Source: an uncultured Granulosicoccaceae bacterium (GTDB lineage Bacteria; Pseudomonadota; Gammaproteobacteria; AKS1). From it: 64,000 bases of DNA. Below the pieces are notes generated by a model, which did not search any database, was not told the origin of the DNA, and saw only the letters and a list, made by a program, of their open reading frames with translations. Each line of letters opens with the position of its first letter. The stretch's first letter is position 1. The stretch is from assembly GCA_964542925.1 (NCBI GenBank), contig CAZIWG010000003.1, positions 10,763 through 74,762 on the forward strand, given 5' to 3'. Made by a program: the position numbers and the translations under genes. Positions 11,194 to 22,523 of this stretch are shown one piece after another.

Positions 11194-13179
11194 ATGATCG
11201 CCCTAGCTGATGAAGAAACAACTAGCCTAGCTCCAACAATATCTAGAAAACAGATTATTGCTGCCGTCATATTCACTGCGCTATCGCTCTACCTTGCTTG
11301 GATAGTACCGACAACACAAATTGCCTGGGTTTCTGCAATTTTAGTGCTAACAATTTATTTGTTTGCTTTTGAACTTGTAGATGTTGATGTTGCGGCTGTT
11401 TCAATCATGGTATTGCTTGGACTCACCTCGTTGTTCGCACCGTTAATGGGGCTTGATACAGGCTTGGTTGACAATAAACATCTTTTCGATGGATTTGGCT
11501 CAAATGCGGTCATGTCTATCGTTGCTGTAATGATCATTGGGGCAGGTTTAGACAAAACGGGGCTAATGAGCAAAGTGGCTACATTCATCCTCAAGGTTGG
11601 TGGCACCTCTGAAAGTCGTATTATCCCTATTATCTCATCCACCGTTGCCGTAATTTCTTCATTCATGCAAAACGTTGGGGCAGCGGCATTATTCTTACCC
11701 GTTGTATCTCGTATTTCAGCACGTTCTGGTTTGCCTATGTCACGGTTACTGATGCCCATGGGTTTTTGTGCCATTCTCGGTGGCACCATGACCATGGTCG
11801 GTTCGAGTCCATTAATTTTACTTAACGATTTAATCCTGACATCGAACCAAGCTCTTCCTGCCGAACAACAAATGGAAACATGGGGCTTGTTCTCAGTTAC
11901 GCCTATCGGTCTAGTGCTTGTCGCTGCTGGTATTATTTATTTCGTTGTTGCAGGCCGCTTTGTTTTACCCACAACAAAAAGTGAAAGCAGCACCAGTGGT
12001 TCAGACCCAATGCAATATTTTCGTGATGTATATAAAGTAGATTACTCCATGTCTGAAGTTGTTGTCTCAGATGATAGTGAACTAGTAGGGCATAACCTAA
12101 ACAGCATAGAAAAAAGTAATCGTATTCGTGTGATTGCGAGTAAACGCGCAGGTGGTGATAGTCGTGTTGGTCCAGGTTCACTTGCGCGCGACACTGAAAT
12201 AGAAGCCGGCATGGTATTGGGTGTTGTTGCGGATCCAAATGATTTAAATACTTTTGTTAAAAAATATAATTTAAAGAAACGTGAATCACTACGTTCATTC
12301 TCTGACTCATTATCACCCAACAAAGCAGGTATCGCAGAAATTGTTATTCCACCTGGCTCAACGCTCATTGGGAAAAGTGCTTGTGATTTATGGATGCGTA
12401 AAAAATATGGCCTTGCCATGATCGGTCTTCACCGTAATGGTGAAACAATGCGTGAAGGTGATGATATTCGTAACATCCCATTCGAAGCTGGCGATACACT
12501 TGTAGTTCATACCCATTGGGATATGCTTGAGCGCGTTGAAAACGATCGCAATTTTGTTGTTGTTACTACTGAATATCCTCGTGCAGAAAAACTTCGTCCT
12601 GAAAAATTAGCTTGGGCTTCATTTTTCTTCGCTATCGCATTGTTACTCGTGCTGTTCACTGATTTACGTTTATCCGTATCTTTATTAACAGGTGCCGTTG
12701 GTATGATTTTATCGCGTGTGCTATCAATTGAAGAAGCCTACGAAGCAGTTAGTTGGAAAACCGTATTCCTGCTTGCCTCACTTATTCCTCTCGGACTTGC
12801 AGTTGAAACATCCGGAACGGCTAAATGGATTGCTGATCAAGTTCTCAGTGTTATGGGTAACCAACCTGTGTGGGTTATTCAAGCGGCTATTGCAGTACTT
12901 GCGACCTTCTTTACGTTGGTTATGTCTAATGTTGGTGCAACAGTATTACTCGTTCCTCTTGCTGTTAATATCGCAATAGGAATTGGTGCGAGCCCTGCAA
13001 TGTTTGCATTGACCGTGGCACTAGCAACATCTAACTCCTTCCTGATACCGACTCATCAGGTTAATGCGTTAATCATGGGCCCTGCTGGCTATAGAGTATC
13101 TGACTTTATGCGTGCTGGTAGCATCATGACCGTCTTATTCCTAGTTATAATGCTAACCATGATGAACATCGTTTTCTGA
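11194..13179 (+). CDS. DASS/SLC13-type permease with two central TrkA-C (RCK_C) domains
   Basis: 661 aa. Two multi-TM halves flank a soluble insert of about 200 aa with RCK_C-like repeats (LVGHNLNSIEK...IRVIASKR... / LIGKSACDLWMRKKYGLAMIGLHRNGE...), an architecture typical of YfbS/SLC13-like IT-superfamily transporters. Confidence 0.8.
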   Translation: MIALADEETTSLAPTISRKQIIAAVIFTALSLYLAWIVPTTQIAWVSAILVLTIYLFAFELVDVDVAAVSIMVLLGLTSLFAPLMGLDTGLVDNKHLFDGFGSNAVMSIVAVMIIGAGLDKTGLMSKVATFILKVGGTSESRIIPIISSTVAVISSFMQNVGAAALFLPVVSRISARSGLPMSRLLMPMGFCAILGGTMTMVGSSPLILLNDLILTSNQALPAEQQMETWGLFSVTPIGLVLVAAGIIYFVVAGRFVLPTTKSESSTSGSDPMQYFRDVYKVDYSMSEVVVSDDSELVGHNLNSIEKSNRIRVIASKRAGGDSRVGPGSLARDTEIEAGMVLGVVADPNDLNTFVKKYNLKKRESLRSFSDSLSPNKAGIAEIVIPPGSTLIGKSACDLWMRKKYGLAMIGLHRNGETMREGDDIRNIPFEAGDTLVVHTHWDMLERVENDRNFVVVTTEYPRAEKLRPEKLAWASFFFAIALLLVLFTDLRLSVSLLTGAVGMILSRVLSIEEAYEAVSWKTVFLLASLIPLGLAVETSGTAKWIADQVLSVMGNQPVWVIQAAIAVLATFFTLVMSNVGATVLLVPLAVNIAIGIGASPAMFALTVALATSNSFLIPTHQVNALIMGPAGYRVSDFMRAGSIMTVLFLVIMLTMMNIVF

Positions 13180-13187
13180 GAAGCATT

Positions 13188-14603
13188 ATGAACTTGTCTA
13201 AGCCTCTAACAGGAGGCGTAATATTTGCCATCCTTGCCACACTCCCAAACATGGCAATGGCAGTAGATGCAATGCCGGTTGATCTAACCGATAGCAATAT
13301 TGGTTTTTTTGCCATTGGTGTTTTTATACTCGCTTACATTTTTGTTATGGCAGAAGAATTTACTCATTTACGTAAATCCAAGCCAGTTGTTCTCGCTGCG
13401 GGTATTATCTGGGCTGCGATTGCATGGACTTATCATGTTAATGGCTTCCCTCCAGAATTACCGGAACAAGCGATACGTAATAATCTTCTTGAATACGCTG
13501 AATTGATGTTATTTTTACTTGTTGCGATGACTTATGTTAATTCGATGGAAGAACGAAAAATATTTGAAGCGCTTCGTACAAAGCTGGTTGCCTCTGGTTT
13601 TAGTTTTCGCGCACTTTTCTGGATTACAGGTGTATTAGCATTCTTTATATCGCCTATAGCCGATAACCTAACAACCACTTTACTAATGTGCGCTATCATA
13701 CTTGCCGTTGGTGGTACAAATACAAAATTTGTCTCACTATCTTGTATCAATATTGTCGTTGCGGCTAATGCAGGTGGTGCATTTTCACCTTTTGGTGACA
13801 TCACCACATTAATGGTATGGCAAAAAGATGTCGTTAATTTTTGGGACTTCTTTGCACTATTTATCCCTTCCGTAGTTAACTTTATTGTGCCTGCTGCAAT
13901 TATGCATTTTGCTGTCCCGAATGATCAGCCAACTTCAACAAATGAAGCAGTACAAATGCAACGTGGTGCGTGGATAATTATCATGCTGTTCCTGCTAACT
14001 ATTATCTCCGCAGTATCATTCCATAACTTTCTTCACTTGCCACCCGTTATCGGTATGTTAACGGGGTTATCTTACCTACAATTTTTTGGCTATTACTTAA
14101 AGAAAACTGTACATAAAGATAATACGAAAAAACATTTAGATTCCAACATAGGTAGCCCAGTTGCATTTGATATTTTCCAGCCTATTGCCCGAGCCGAGTG
14201 GGATACATTGCTTTTTTTCTACGGGGTTGTTGCTTGTGTAGGAGGGCTTGGCTTCTTAGGGTATCTCGGTATGGCTTCCGAAATTATGTACAACCAATGG
14301 GGGGCAACTAATGCAAATATTGCTATCGGTGTACTTTCTGCCGTTATTGATAACATTCCCGTCATGTTCGCTGTCTTGACTATGAACCCGGACATGTCCA
14401 TGGGACAGTGGTTACTCGTCACACTCACTGCCGGTGTAGGTGGCTCAATGTTATCGATTGGTTCAGCAGCGGGTGTTGCACTAATGGGGCAAGCACGAGG
14501 TCAGTACACCTTCTTTGGGCATCTTAAATGGATGCCTGCAATTGCACTAGGTTATGCAGCCAGTATCGCCACACATTTCTGGGTAAACTCCGAGATGTTT
14601 TAG
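13188..14603 (+). CDS. nhaD: NhaD-type Na+/H+ antiporter
   Basis: 471 aa polytopic protein with N-terminal signal-like segment; length and blocks (FVMAEEFTHLRKSKPVVLAAGIIW, NAGGAFSPFGDITTLMVW, SAVIDNIPVM) fit NhaD within the ArsB/NhaD superfamily. Start is 8 nt after the DASS stop. Confidence 0.7.
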   Translation: MNLSKPLTGGVIFAILATLPNMAMAVDAMPVDLTDSNIGFFAIGVFILAYIFVMAEEFTHLRKSKPVVLAAGIIWAAIAWTYHVNGFPPELPEQAIRNNLLEYAELMLFLLVAMTYVNSMEERKIFEALRTKLVASGFSFRALFWITGVLAFFISPIADNLTTTLLMCAIILAVGGTNTKFVSLSCINIVVAANAGGAFSPFGDITTLMVWQKDVVNFWDFFALFIPSVVNFIVPAAIMHFAVPNDQPTSTNEAVQMQRGAWIIIMLFLLTIISAVSFHNFLHLPPVIGMLTGLSYLQFFGYYLKKTVHKDNTKKHLDSNIGSPVAFDIFQPIARAEWDTLLFFYGVVACVGGLGFLGYLGMASEIMYNQWGATNANIAIGVLSAVIDNIPVMFAVLTMNPDMSMGQWLLVTLTAGVGGSMLSIGSAAGVALMGQARGQYTFFGHLKWMPAIALGYAASIATHFWVNSEMF

Positions 14604-14685
14604 ACTTTATATATTTTCTAAACTATATAAAACGAAGCCTATTAACTTCGTTAATAATAAGTTTGGTGTTTTGAGGTAATACAAG

Positions 14686-16044
14686 ATGGAAACCAACCTT
14701 TTCAATGAAGTTCTGATTTGGGACACCCCTATGGCGGTGTCTGCAGTTATTCTAATTTTTACTTTCATCGGCATCTTCACCGAGGGGGTACATGGCTTTC
14801 ATCGTACCAAGTTTGCCATGGGTGGTGCTGGAGTAATGATATTGGCTGGCCAATATTTTGGATTTTATAGTCCAGAGAAAGCCATCGAAGCTATTGACTG
14901 GAATGTTGTATTCCTCCTCGGTGGAATGATGACCATTGTTGCTATCATGATCCCAACCGGAGGCTTTCAGTCACTTGCTTATCGTATAGCCGATCTCAGC
15001 CGTGGTCGCTTGTTCATGCTAATGGTTATGTTGGGCACAGCCGTAACCGTTATTTCTCTACTGTTAGATAACGTTACTACCGTGGTAATTTTCGGACCGC
15101 TAATTGTGTTAATTAGCCAAGCACTCAAAGTTAGTCCCGTGCCATATTTACTAGGGGCTGCGCTACTATCCGACACCGGAGGTGTAGCAACACTGGTTGG
15201 CGACCCACCAAACCTAATGATCGGTTCAGCTGCCAACATTGATTTCAATACCTTTTTTATTCACATGGGTGGGATCGTATTGGTTGCTTGGCTTACTATC
15301 CTTTTTGCACAGAAGTGGTTATTCGCAAAAGAGTTGGCTATCATTCCTGCAAAACAGGATTTCTCTGACAAAGGTGAAATCACGGATAAACATACTTGGT
15401 ACGCATCTCTTGCTGTGCTAGCTGTGATGGTCGTGCTGTTTATCTTTCATCACACACTCGGTTGGGAACCCTGGTTCGTTGCCGCGCTAGGTCTCACACT
15501 ACTCATATTTATTGGCCGAAGTGTCGAACTGGACAGTTCTTTTGAAGATGTTGAAATGAGTCTACTCATGTTCTTCATTTCCCTGTTTATCGTGGTTGGT
15601 GGTGTTCAAAATAGTCACTTCCTTCAATATCTGGGTCAATTTATTCTGCCATTTGTACAATCAGATTTGCTGCTAGCCTGCCTGCTTCTGATGTGGGGAG
15701 CAGCAATACTTTCGGCCATGATCGACAACATACCTTTTACCGCTGCTATGGTTCCCATCATTCTGGGGATGGAATCGCAAGGTGTTAATGTGACGCCCTT
15801 ATGGTGGTCGCTAGCAATTGGTGTCGGTATGGGGGGTAACGGTACCCATCTGGGATCCACTGCCAACGTATTCATTGTTACTCTATCTGAACGCCTAGCC
15901 AAAGACACCGGAGATGATAGTTTACGCATTACACCTGGAATGTGGTTTCGTAAAGGGACGCCAGTAATGCTGCTAACGCTAACTACGTCATCTATTATTA
16001 TGTGGTTATTCTTCGATTTTTTCAGCAAACCCATCGTACATTAA
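14686..16044 (+). CDS. ArsB/NhaD-superfamily permease (YbiR/citrate-transporter-like)
   Basis: 452 aa polytopic. LLLDNVTTVVIFGPL, SDTGGVATLVGDPPNLMIG and SAMIDNIPFTAAMVPI are ArsB/NhaD-type motifs. Substrate unknown. Confidence 0.75.
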   Translation: METNLFNEVLIWDTPMAVSAVILIFTFIGIFTEGVHGFHRTKFAMGGAGVMILAGQYFGFYSPEKAIEAIDWNVVFLLGGMMTIVAIMIPTGGFQSLAYRIADLSRGRLFMLMVMLGTAVTVISLLLDNVTTVVIFGPLIVLISQALKVSPVPYLLGAALLSDTGGVATLVGDPPNLMIGSAANIDFNTFFIHMGGIVLVAWLTILFAQKWLFAKELAIIPAKQDFSDKGEITDKHTWYASLAVLAVMVVLFIFHHTLGWEPWFVAALGLTLLIFIGRSVELDSSFEDVEMSLLMFFISLFIVVGGVQNSHFLQYLGQFILPFVQSDLLLACLLLMWGAAILSAMIDNIPFTAAMVPIILGMESQGVNVTPLWWSLAIGVGMGGNGTHLGSTANVFIVTLSERLAKDTGDDSLRITPGMWFRKGTPVMLLTLTTSSIIMWLFFDFFSKPIVH

Positions 16045-16070
16045 ACATGATAACTGAGTTGAATAAAGAA

Positions 16071-16091
16071 AGGGGCTAATAAGCCCCTTTT
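16071..16091. terminator. Bidirectional rho-independent terminator between the transporter block and zipA
   Basis: AGGGGCT-AATA-AGCCCCT hairpin (16071-16088) with a T-run on the plus strand and an A-rich run upstream (T-run for the minus strand). Sits between convergent genes. Confidence 0.75.
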
Positions 16092-16168
16092 GACGAAAAA
16101 CGATAACAAATCTAAGCATAAGCAACACGATATTGTATGCCAATACAATGCTAACTCGAGCTACAAAA

Positions 16169-17101
16169 TTAAATCGTATTTAATTCAGTTCGCAATTCGT
16201 CAATAGCCTGACGAGTTAGTACACTTCTTGTTTCATCACATAAACGACCATTCAATGCATCCGTTAATGAACGTGCCGCGTCAAGCATACTGTCATAGGC
16301 TTCTAAAGCAGAAACCGAAGTAGGTAAAGAAAGTATAAATAACAAGGCAGGTGACGACATTTCATTCATTGTTGCCAAATCAAAAACGCCGGGTTCCACC
16401 GCATTGGCAAGACTGAAAATAGGCTTATTGTTCACATCAAGACGATCGAAAGTATTCATTTCACCGAACTGTAAATCTAAATCAATAAGTTTATTCATGA
16501 TATCTGCACCACTAAAGCTTGAACCTTCTCGGGCTAACACATGAATAGCAATTATTTGTTCAGGTTGAGTTATATCCGGTTCAGTGGATAAATCTAAATC
16601 CCCCAATTCCATTTTATTTTGTTCTGGTTCATGGGAAATAATTTCTTCCAGCGCTTCTAGTTCAGAAGTAATATCTTCAATAGGATTTACACTTATTTCT
16701 GGATCTGAATCTAAATCAGGCTCAAGATCGTCAACAACAACATTATCTTCGAGGTTAGCATGAACTTCTGATTGCCAATCATCATTTTCTTCACTAACAA
16801 GATCGACTAACTGATTGTCAAATTCATTAGCAGTATCAATATTATCATCAATTTCTTTATCAAAATCATCTTCATAAGCAGCGTCATAAGACTCTGTTTC
16901 ATAGGCAGTCGACACTAATTTCGAATCTGTTTCAGGGTCGCCACTATTCCTGCCAGTGACGTGTGTTTCAGAACCATCATCTGCCACACCCCAACGTTCA
17001 TAACGATTCTTATTTTTGCCTCGCTTAAAGCGATCCCAGAAATAAACGGCTGCAATAAAAACAGCACCAATAATAAGTAATATTATGCGCAACGAGTCCA
17101 T
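16169..17101 (-). CDS. zipA: Cell division protein ZipA
   Basis: 310 aa. N-terminal TM anchor MDSLRIILLIIGAVFIAAVYFW, a long charged linker, and a C-terminal FtsZ-binding-type domain (IIAIHVLAREGSSFSGADIMNKL...FSLANAVEPGVFD). Immediately downstream of smc. Confidence 0.88.
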   Translation of the reverse strand: MDSLRIILLIIGAVFIAAVYFWDRFKRGKNKNRYERWGVADDGSETHVTGRNSGDPETDSKLVSTAYETESYDAAYEDDFDKEIDDNIDTANEFDNQLVDLVSEENDDWQSEVHANLEDNVVVDDLEPDLDSDPEISVNPIEDITSELEALEEIISHEPEQNKMELGDLDLSTEPDITQPEQIIAIHVLAREGSSFSGADIMNKLIDLDLQFGEMNTFDRLDVNNKPIFSLANAVEPGVFDLATMNEMSSPALLFILSLPTSVSALEAYDSMLDAARSLTDALNGRLCDETRSVLTRQAIDELRTELNTI

Positions 17102-17164
17102 CAGCGCTCCAGAATAATTTTATTATTATGAGTACATATAACTCATTATTAAGTTAATGTGATA

Positions 17165-20100
17165 TTACATTGCAGCCAATGTTGCGGCTTCATCAACATC
17201 AACCGTCACCAAACGGGAACAACCCGGTTCATTCATGGTAACACCCATCAACTGCCCGGCCATTTCCATTGTTACTTTGTTATGTGTAATGAAAACGAAC
17301 TGAATACGATCTGACATTTCTTTTACTAGTTCACAGAAACGTCCAACATTAGCATCATCAAGCGGCGCGTCCACTTCGTCTAGCATACAGAAAGGTGCAG
17401 GGTTGAGTTCAAAGATTGAAAATACCAATGCCACAGCCGTCAGTGCTTTTTCTCCACCTGATAACAAATGAATCGTACCATTACGTTTACCTGGAGGACG
17501 TGCCATGATAGTAATGCCTGTATTCAATAGATCATCACCTGTTAATTCCATGTACGCATGACCACCGCCGAATAAACGCGGGAACGTTTTCTTTAGACCA
17601 TCATTAACCTTGTCATAGGTTTCTTTAAAACGTGTACGTGTTTCACGATCAATTTTAGCAATTGCATTTTCCAGGGTCGTCAACGCAGCAACCAAATCTT
17701 CAGTTTGCTTATCAAGATATTCTTTACGTTCAGAACGTTCTTTAAACTCATCGATCGCCGCCAGGTTAATCGCCCCTAAGCGCTGAATACGACTCTCAAG
17801 CTTGGTCACCAATTCAATCCAGCCAGATTCAGTGGCATCTTCTGGTAAACCTTCAAGCAGTTCCTGTAAGGCAAATCCTGTTTCTTCAATTTGTTCCTGC
17901 AATGTTTGCAAACGAACATTGATACCCTGGAAATCCATACGTAACTGCTCAAGCTGACTACGCACTTCTTGCACTTTGCGATCAGCGTTACCACTGTCAT
18001 CAGTAGTTTCACGCATACCGTGCTCAATATCTTGTACCGACTTACGCGCAGCATTCAAGCGCTCTTCAACTTCCTGACGCATCTTCAAGGCACTGGAAAG
18101 TTCCTGTTCCATTTCTTTTAATGGCGCGTCACTATCAGTAATTTGTTGCTGCAATTCAGCACTACGCTGGCGTAAAGAGTTTAATTGCGATTCAATACGT
18201 TGCATCGCATGTCGAGTAGAACTCAACTCAGTATTAATTGATTCCATTTTCAACGCAAACTGATGTGCTTCATCATGATCTTGTCTTGCTTGCTCACGCA
18301 CCTGTTCTAATTGTGCGCGCAAATTATCACGACGTTGTTCCAGTTCTGCGCGTTGTCCTTCAATCGTCGCTGCTTCAGTCTCTGCTTGTTGTAAACGCTG
18401 TTTCGCAGAGTCAACCGCTTCGGTATCAGAGTCAAGCAAGCCACTTAATTCTGATAATTGAGTTTGAATATGTGCCGCACGCGAACGTAATTGCTCCAAA
18501 CGTGTTTCACGGTTCGCTAATTCAGATTTAATCGCTGACACTTGTTGGTTAGTAGTATCTAGCTCAATTTGCAATTCATCACGGCGTTGTTCGTGTCCAT
18601 GCAATGCATCACGTCCTTGATCTAATAATTGCTGTTGCTCTGCAACCTGATTACCCAATGTTTCTATTTGTTTCTCACAATCACGAATTTCTTGCTCACG
18701 TTGTAAAACACCAGCACGTTCATCGGCATTACGCGTCATACGCAACCAGTTAGGACCAACCCAAACACCGTCTGCTGTGACAACAGATTCATGGGAAGCC
18801 AAGCTGCCACGTAAAGATAATGCTTGTTCAACCGTTTCAGCGGTATAAACACCCGCCAATAAAGAATTCAATGACCAATCAGAGGTCACAAATTGCGACA
18901 ATGCAGGCGCAATATTATTGTTTGTAGCGGTATTTACATTCGCTGACTTATCAATAATCCCAAGCACACCTTTATCTAACCCAGATAACGCCGTGCCGAG
19001 ATTTCCTGTTTGCTCAACACCAATTGCCTGTAAGTGAAAACCTAAAACAGTTTCAACGGCTGTTTGCCAATGTGATTCCACATTGATTGATTCTGCTAAT
19101 CGTTTTGCATCATTAAGGCCGTGTTCACTCAACCAATCCGTAATACCTGCATCACTTTTACCTAAGGCTTCTTCTTGTAATGCTTTTAAGGATGCATGAC
19201 GGCCTTGCTGTTCTTGCAATCCACGACGCGCGGCATCTAACGCTGTCACATGCGTTTCATTTTGTTCGCGTTGGTTTGAAATCAACTGCTGGCATTCTGT
19301 TAATTGTTCGGCCTTACGTGCCACATCTGACGTTGCATTACTTTGTTGTTCACGTAAACCGCCAATCTCGCGCTCAAGATCATCCGACCCGAGTTTCTGC
19401 AACTCTTCTTGGTAGCGTGTTAGCCGGGTGTGCAATTGTTGCTGGTGATCTTCAAGATGTTGAATGCGAGTTTGCTCAACTTGAACTGTTTTGCCTGGCT
19501 CGGCAGCATTGCGGTTAAAATCTTCCCAGTCAATCTGCCAGTCTTGCATTGCCTCTTCAGCAGCGGCATGCGCTTGCGCAGAGGCTTGTTCGGTTTCGCG
19601 CGCTTGCTCCATTGCCGGTTTGATTTCAGCATGGTTGGCATTGAGTTCAGTAATACGTGCTTCATCCGCAGCTAACGTTTGCTGCGCTTCATCTAATGTT
19701 TGTTTTAATTCTGCCGCATCATTTTGTAATTGCTGACGCTTTTCTTTACTATGTTGAATAGCTTGTTCAACACGCGCCACATCAGCACCGAGCTTATAAT
19801 AATCACCTTGTACTTCGTTAAAGTGATCATGTGCTTCAGTATGCTGCTCACGCATGCTTTCCAGTTTTGATTCAACACCGCGCAACGCTGCCACTGCTGC
19901 TTCGTAAGCGGTTTCTTTTGCTGCAATGGCTTTCTTTTGCGACTCAGCATTTTCATCAACACCACGATGGCGTAATGCTAGTAATTGTGCTTTTGCAATA
20001 CGTTCTTCCTGTTTTAAGACTTTATATTTTTCAGCCGTGTTCGCTTGGCGTTGCAAGTGAGCAAGTTGTTTACCTAACTCATCACTTAAGTCATTAATGC

Positions 20101-20677
20101 GCTCTATGTTTTCACGTGTATGTTTAATACGATTTTCAGTTTCACGACGACGTTCTTTGTATTTTGAAATACCGGCAGCTTCTTCAATGAAGTGACGCAT
20201 TTCTTCAGGCTTGGCTTCAATGAAACGCGAGATCATGCCCTGTTCAATAATTGCGTAACTACGTGGCCCCATGCCGGTACCGAGGAACACATCCATGACG
20301 TCTCGGCGGCGACAGCGCGTATTGTTCAAATAATAAACGGATATACCATCGCGACTCACTGTGCGCTTAATTGAAATTTCATTGTAGTTAGCATATTGAC
20401 CGCCTACGCCACCGTCGGAGTTATCAAATAGTAACTCGACACTGGCTTGCCCTACCGGTTTACGTGTCGATGAACCGCTAAAAATGACATCAGCCATGGA
20501 TTCGCCACGAAGATACTTGGCAGAACTTTCACCCATCACCCATCTCACCGCATCAATGGTATTGGATTTACCACAACCGTTCGGGCCGACGATGCCGGTT
20601 AAATTACTGGAAAATGAAATCGTGGTCGGGTCAACAAAGGATTTGAAGCCAGACAATTTAATCTTATCGAGACGCAT
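17165..20677 (-). CDS. smc: Chromosome segregation protein SMC
   Basis: 1170 aa. N-terminal Walker [10 protein letters not shown], long coiled coils, a hinge, and a C-terminal signature [15 protein letters not shown] plus Walker [13 protein letters not shown]. Confidence 0.97.
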   Translation of the reverse strand: MRLDKIKLSGFKSFVDPTTISFSSNLTGIVGPNGCGKSNTIDAVRWVMGESSAKYLRGESMADVIFSGSSTRKPVGQASVELLFDNSDGGVGGQYANYNEISIKRTVSRDGISVYYLNNTRCRRRDVMDVFLGTGMGPRSYAIIEQGMISRFIEAKPEEMRHFIEEAAGISKYKERRRETENRIKHTRENIERINDLSDELGKQLAHLQRQANTAEKYKVLKQEERIAKAQLLALRHRGVDENAESQKKAIAAKETAYEAAVAALRGVESKLESMREQHTEAHDHFNEVQGDYYKLGADVARVEQAIQHSKEKRQQLQNDAAELKQTLDEAQQTLAADEARITELNANHAEIKPAMEQARETEQASAQAHAAAEEAMQDWQIDWEDFNRNAAEPGKTVQVEQTRIQHLEDHQQQLHTRLTRYQEELQKLGSDDLEREIGGLREQQSNATSDVARKAEQLTECQQLISNQREQNETHVTALDAARRGLQEQQGRHASLKALQEEALGKSDAGITDWLSEHGLNDAKRLAESINVESHWQTAVETVLGFHLQAIGVEQTGNLGTALSGLDKGVLGIIDKSANVNTATNNNIAPALSQFVTSDWSLNSLLAGVYTAETVEQALSLRGSLASHESVVTADGVWVGPNWLRMTRNADERAGVLQREQEIRDCEKQIETLGNQVAEQQQLLDQGRDALHGHEQRRDELQIELDTTNQQVSAIKSELANRETRLEQLRSRAAHIQTQLSELSGLLDSDTEAVDSAKQRLQQAETEAATIEGQRAELEQRRDNLRAQLEQVREQARQDHDEAHQFALKMESINTELSSTRHAMQRIESQLNSLRQRSAELQQQITDSDAPLKEMEQELSSALKMRQEVEERLNAARKSVQDIEHGMRETTDDSGNADRKVQEVRSQLEQLRMDFQGINVRLQTLQEQIEETGFALQELLEGLPEDATESGWIELVTKLESRIQRLGAINLAAIDEFKERSERKEYLDKQTEDLVAALTTLENAIAKIDRETRTRFKETYDKVNDGLKKTFPRLFGGGHAYMELTGDDLLNTGITIMARPPGKRNGTIHLLSGGEKALTAVALVFSIFELNPAPFCMLDEVDAPLDDANVGRFCELVKEMSDRIQFVFITHNKVTMEMAGQLMGVTMNEPGCSRLVTVDVDEAATLAAM

Positions 20678-20782
20678 GCTTTGGTATCTTGCTCTACTCT
20701 AGTTCTTGTTAGGTGTGTTACTTGGCAGCATCATATCATCATCACTTGTCAGCCGCATCAGGAATCCTGTATCTTTCGCATC

Positions 20783-21172
20783 ATGAGCACACAACCTACA
20801 AAAATACTTGAAACATTCGAGAATCCGCATTCTGGGCGTGATTATACTATTCGGATCCGGCTCCCAGAATTTACTTGCCTTTGCCCAAAGACAGGACAAC
20901 CCGATTTTGCGACGCTGCACATCGAGTACATTCCAGAAAGTCTTTGTATCGAATTGAAATCATTAAAACTCTACGTTTGGGCTTTCCGAGATGAAGGGGC
21001 ATTTCATGAAGATGTGACAAATCAAATCCTGGCCAATCTGGTTAATTCTTGTTCACCTCGCTTCATGCGACTTACGGCTGATTTTAATGTTCGTGGCGGT
21101 GTTTACACCACCGTCGTCGCTGAACATCAGGCTGAAGGCTGGGTGTCGACACCACCCGTGCAATTGCCTTAA
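20783..21172 (+). CDS. queF: NADPH-dependent 7-cyano-7-deazaguanine (preQ0) reductase, unimodular type I
   Basis: [15 protein letters not shown]...[23 protein letters not shown]...[20 protein letters not shown] carries the QueF motif and catalytic Cys. The ATG at 20783 gives 129 aa; the longer ORF-track N-terminus is not family-like. Confidence 0.92.
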   Translation: MSTQPTKILETFENPHSGRDYTIRIRLPEFTCLCPKTGQPDFATLHIEYIPESLCIELKSLKLYVWAFRDEGAFHEDVTNQILANLVNSCSPRFMRLTADFNVRGGVYTTVVAEHQAEGWVSTPPVQLP

Positions 21173-21208
21173 TTTCCGTCTTCGATAAATCATAGTCTTT
21201 AAGAGTCA

Positions 21209-22504
21209 GTGTTTAATAAAAACATTAACTTTTTGAGCATTGGTGTTGATCTAGGTACATCTGCCTGTCGAGTCGCGGTTATCGACGAATCTGGGCAGGT
21301 GCAGCACTTATCATGCACTGAATTACCTGAACCAAGCAATAACGGATCACACTGTGAACAATCACCTGATGACTGGTGGCGCGCCTGCCAACAGACACTC
21401 ACAGACGCCCTCAGTCACGTTGATAAATCTAAGGTAGCGCGTATTGCCGTTGATGGCACCTCATCAACCCTGCTGCTCTGCGACAAACAAGGGCACGTAG
21501 CAAGCCCTGCCCTCATGTATCGTGATCAACGTGCTCACACCCAAGCTGAGCATCTCGCCTCAATAGCTCCCGACACGACAGCCGTTCATAGCGCTTCAAG
21601 CGGTTTAGCTAAGCTACTTTGGTTCAAAGATAATGGCTATCTGACAGAGGGATTAATCGCCCTTCATCAGGCTGACTGGATAAGCGGTCAATTACAGGGG
21701 CAATTTCAGACCACCGATGAAAACAATGCACTCAAACTTGGTTATGACGTGATAAACCGTCGCTGGCCAGACTGGCTCACTGCTTGCCATTTACCTCCAC
21801 ATTGCCTTCCTGAAGTCGTGCCTACGGGTCGGTCATTAGGAAATATCGATCCCATCATTGCTGAGCAATTAGGCTTACCATCAATCTGTCAGGTTATTGC
21901 GGGAACCACAGACAGTACCGCTAGTTTTATTGCCTCTGGTGCTAAAGCTGTTGGCGATGCTGTCACCGTGCTTGGCTCCAGTCTCGTGGTGAAAATACTT
22001 AGTGATAAGCCTCTCTTTAAGCCTGAAATGGGGGTTTATAGCCACCGCTTAGGTGATCATTGGCTGGTCGGCGGTGCATCCAATACCGGTGGCGCAGTCT
22101 TAAAGCACTACTTTAGTATCGAGCAAATCGAGGTGCTCAGCCGAGACATGAATCCAACAAAACCAACACAGCTCAATTACACGCCACTTCTGGGTACCGG
22201 TGAGCGCTTCCCTACTAATAATAAGGACTTACAAGCTAATTTTGAACCTCGACCTGAAAATGATGTCGATTTCCTACAAGCAATATTTGAGTCAATGGCT
22301 AAGATTGAACTACACGCATACGAAGTATTAACAGAATTAGGCACACCAAGACCCAAATCAATTCGAACCTGTGGAGGGGGAGCAAAAAATAAGGCATGGC
22401 AAACTATTCGCCAACAAATGCTCAGATACCCTTTTTTAGCATCAGACCATGACGAAGCGGCTATTGGTACAGCAATATTGGCAGCATCAATACAAATACA
22501 TTAA
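21209..22504 (+). CDS. FGGY-family carbohydrate kinase
   Basis: 431 aa. N-terminal LSIGVDLGTSACRVAVID (actin-like ATPase phosphate-1 motif), GTTDSTASFIASG and a C-terminal GGGAKNKAWQ. Start uncertain (GTG 21209 or TTG 21233). Sugar specificity unknown. Confidence 0.8.
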   Translation: MFNKNINFLSIGVDLGTSACRVAVIDESGQVQHLSCTELPEPSNNGSHCEQSPDDWWRACQQTLTDALSHVDKSKVARIAVDGTSSTLLLCDKQGHVASPALMYRDQRAHTQAEHLASIAPDTTAVHSASSGLAKLLWFKDNGYLTEGLIALHQADWISGQLQGQFQTTDENNALKLGYDVINRRWPDWLTACHLPPHCLPEVVPTGRSLGNIDPIIAEQLGLPSICQVIAGTTDSTASFIASGAKAVGDAVTVLGSSLVVKILSDKPLFKPEMGVYSHRLGDHWLVGGASNTGGAVLKHYFSIEQIEVLSRDMNPTKPTQLNYTPLLGTGERFPTNNKDLQANFEPRPENDVDFLQAIFESMAKIELHAYEVLTELGTPRPKSIRTCGGGAKNKAWQTIRQQMLRYPFLASDHDEAAIGTAILAASIQIH

Positions 22505-22523
22505 ATGGGAACAGGAAACAAAC

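Noticed and set aside
17806-20374. About ten 60-112-aa ORFs on both strands inside smc.
   Set aside because: All are nested within or antisense to the 1170-aa SMC frame, which has strong family motifs at both ends. Long coiled-coil codon bias commonly leaves alternative frames open. None has a recognisable family.
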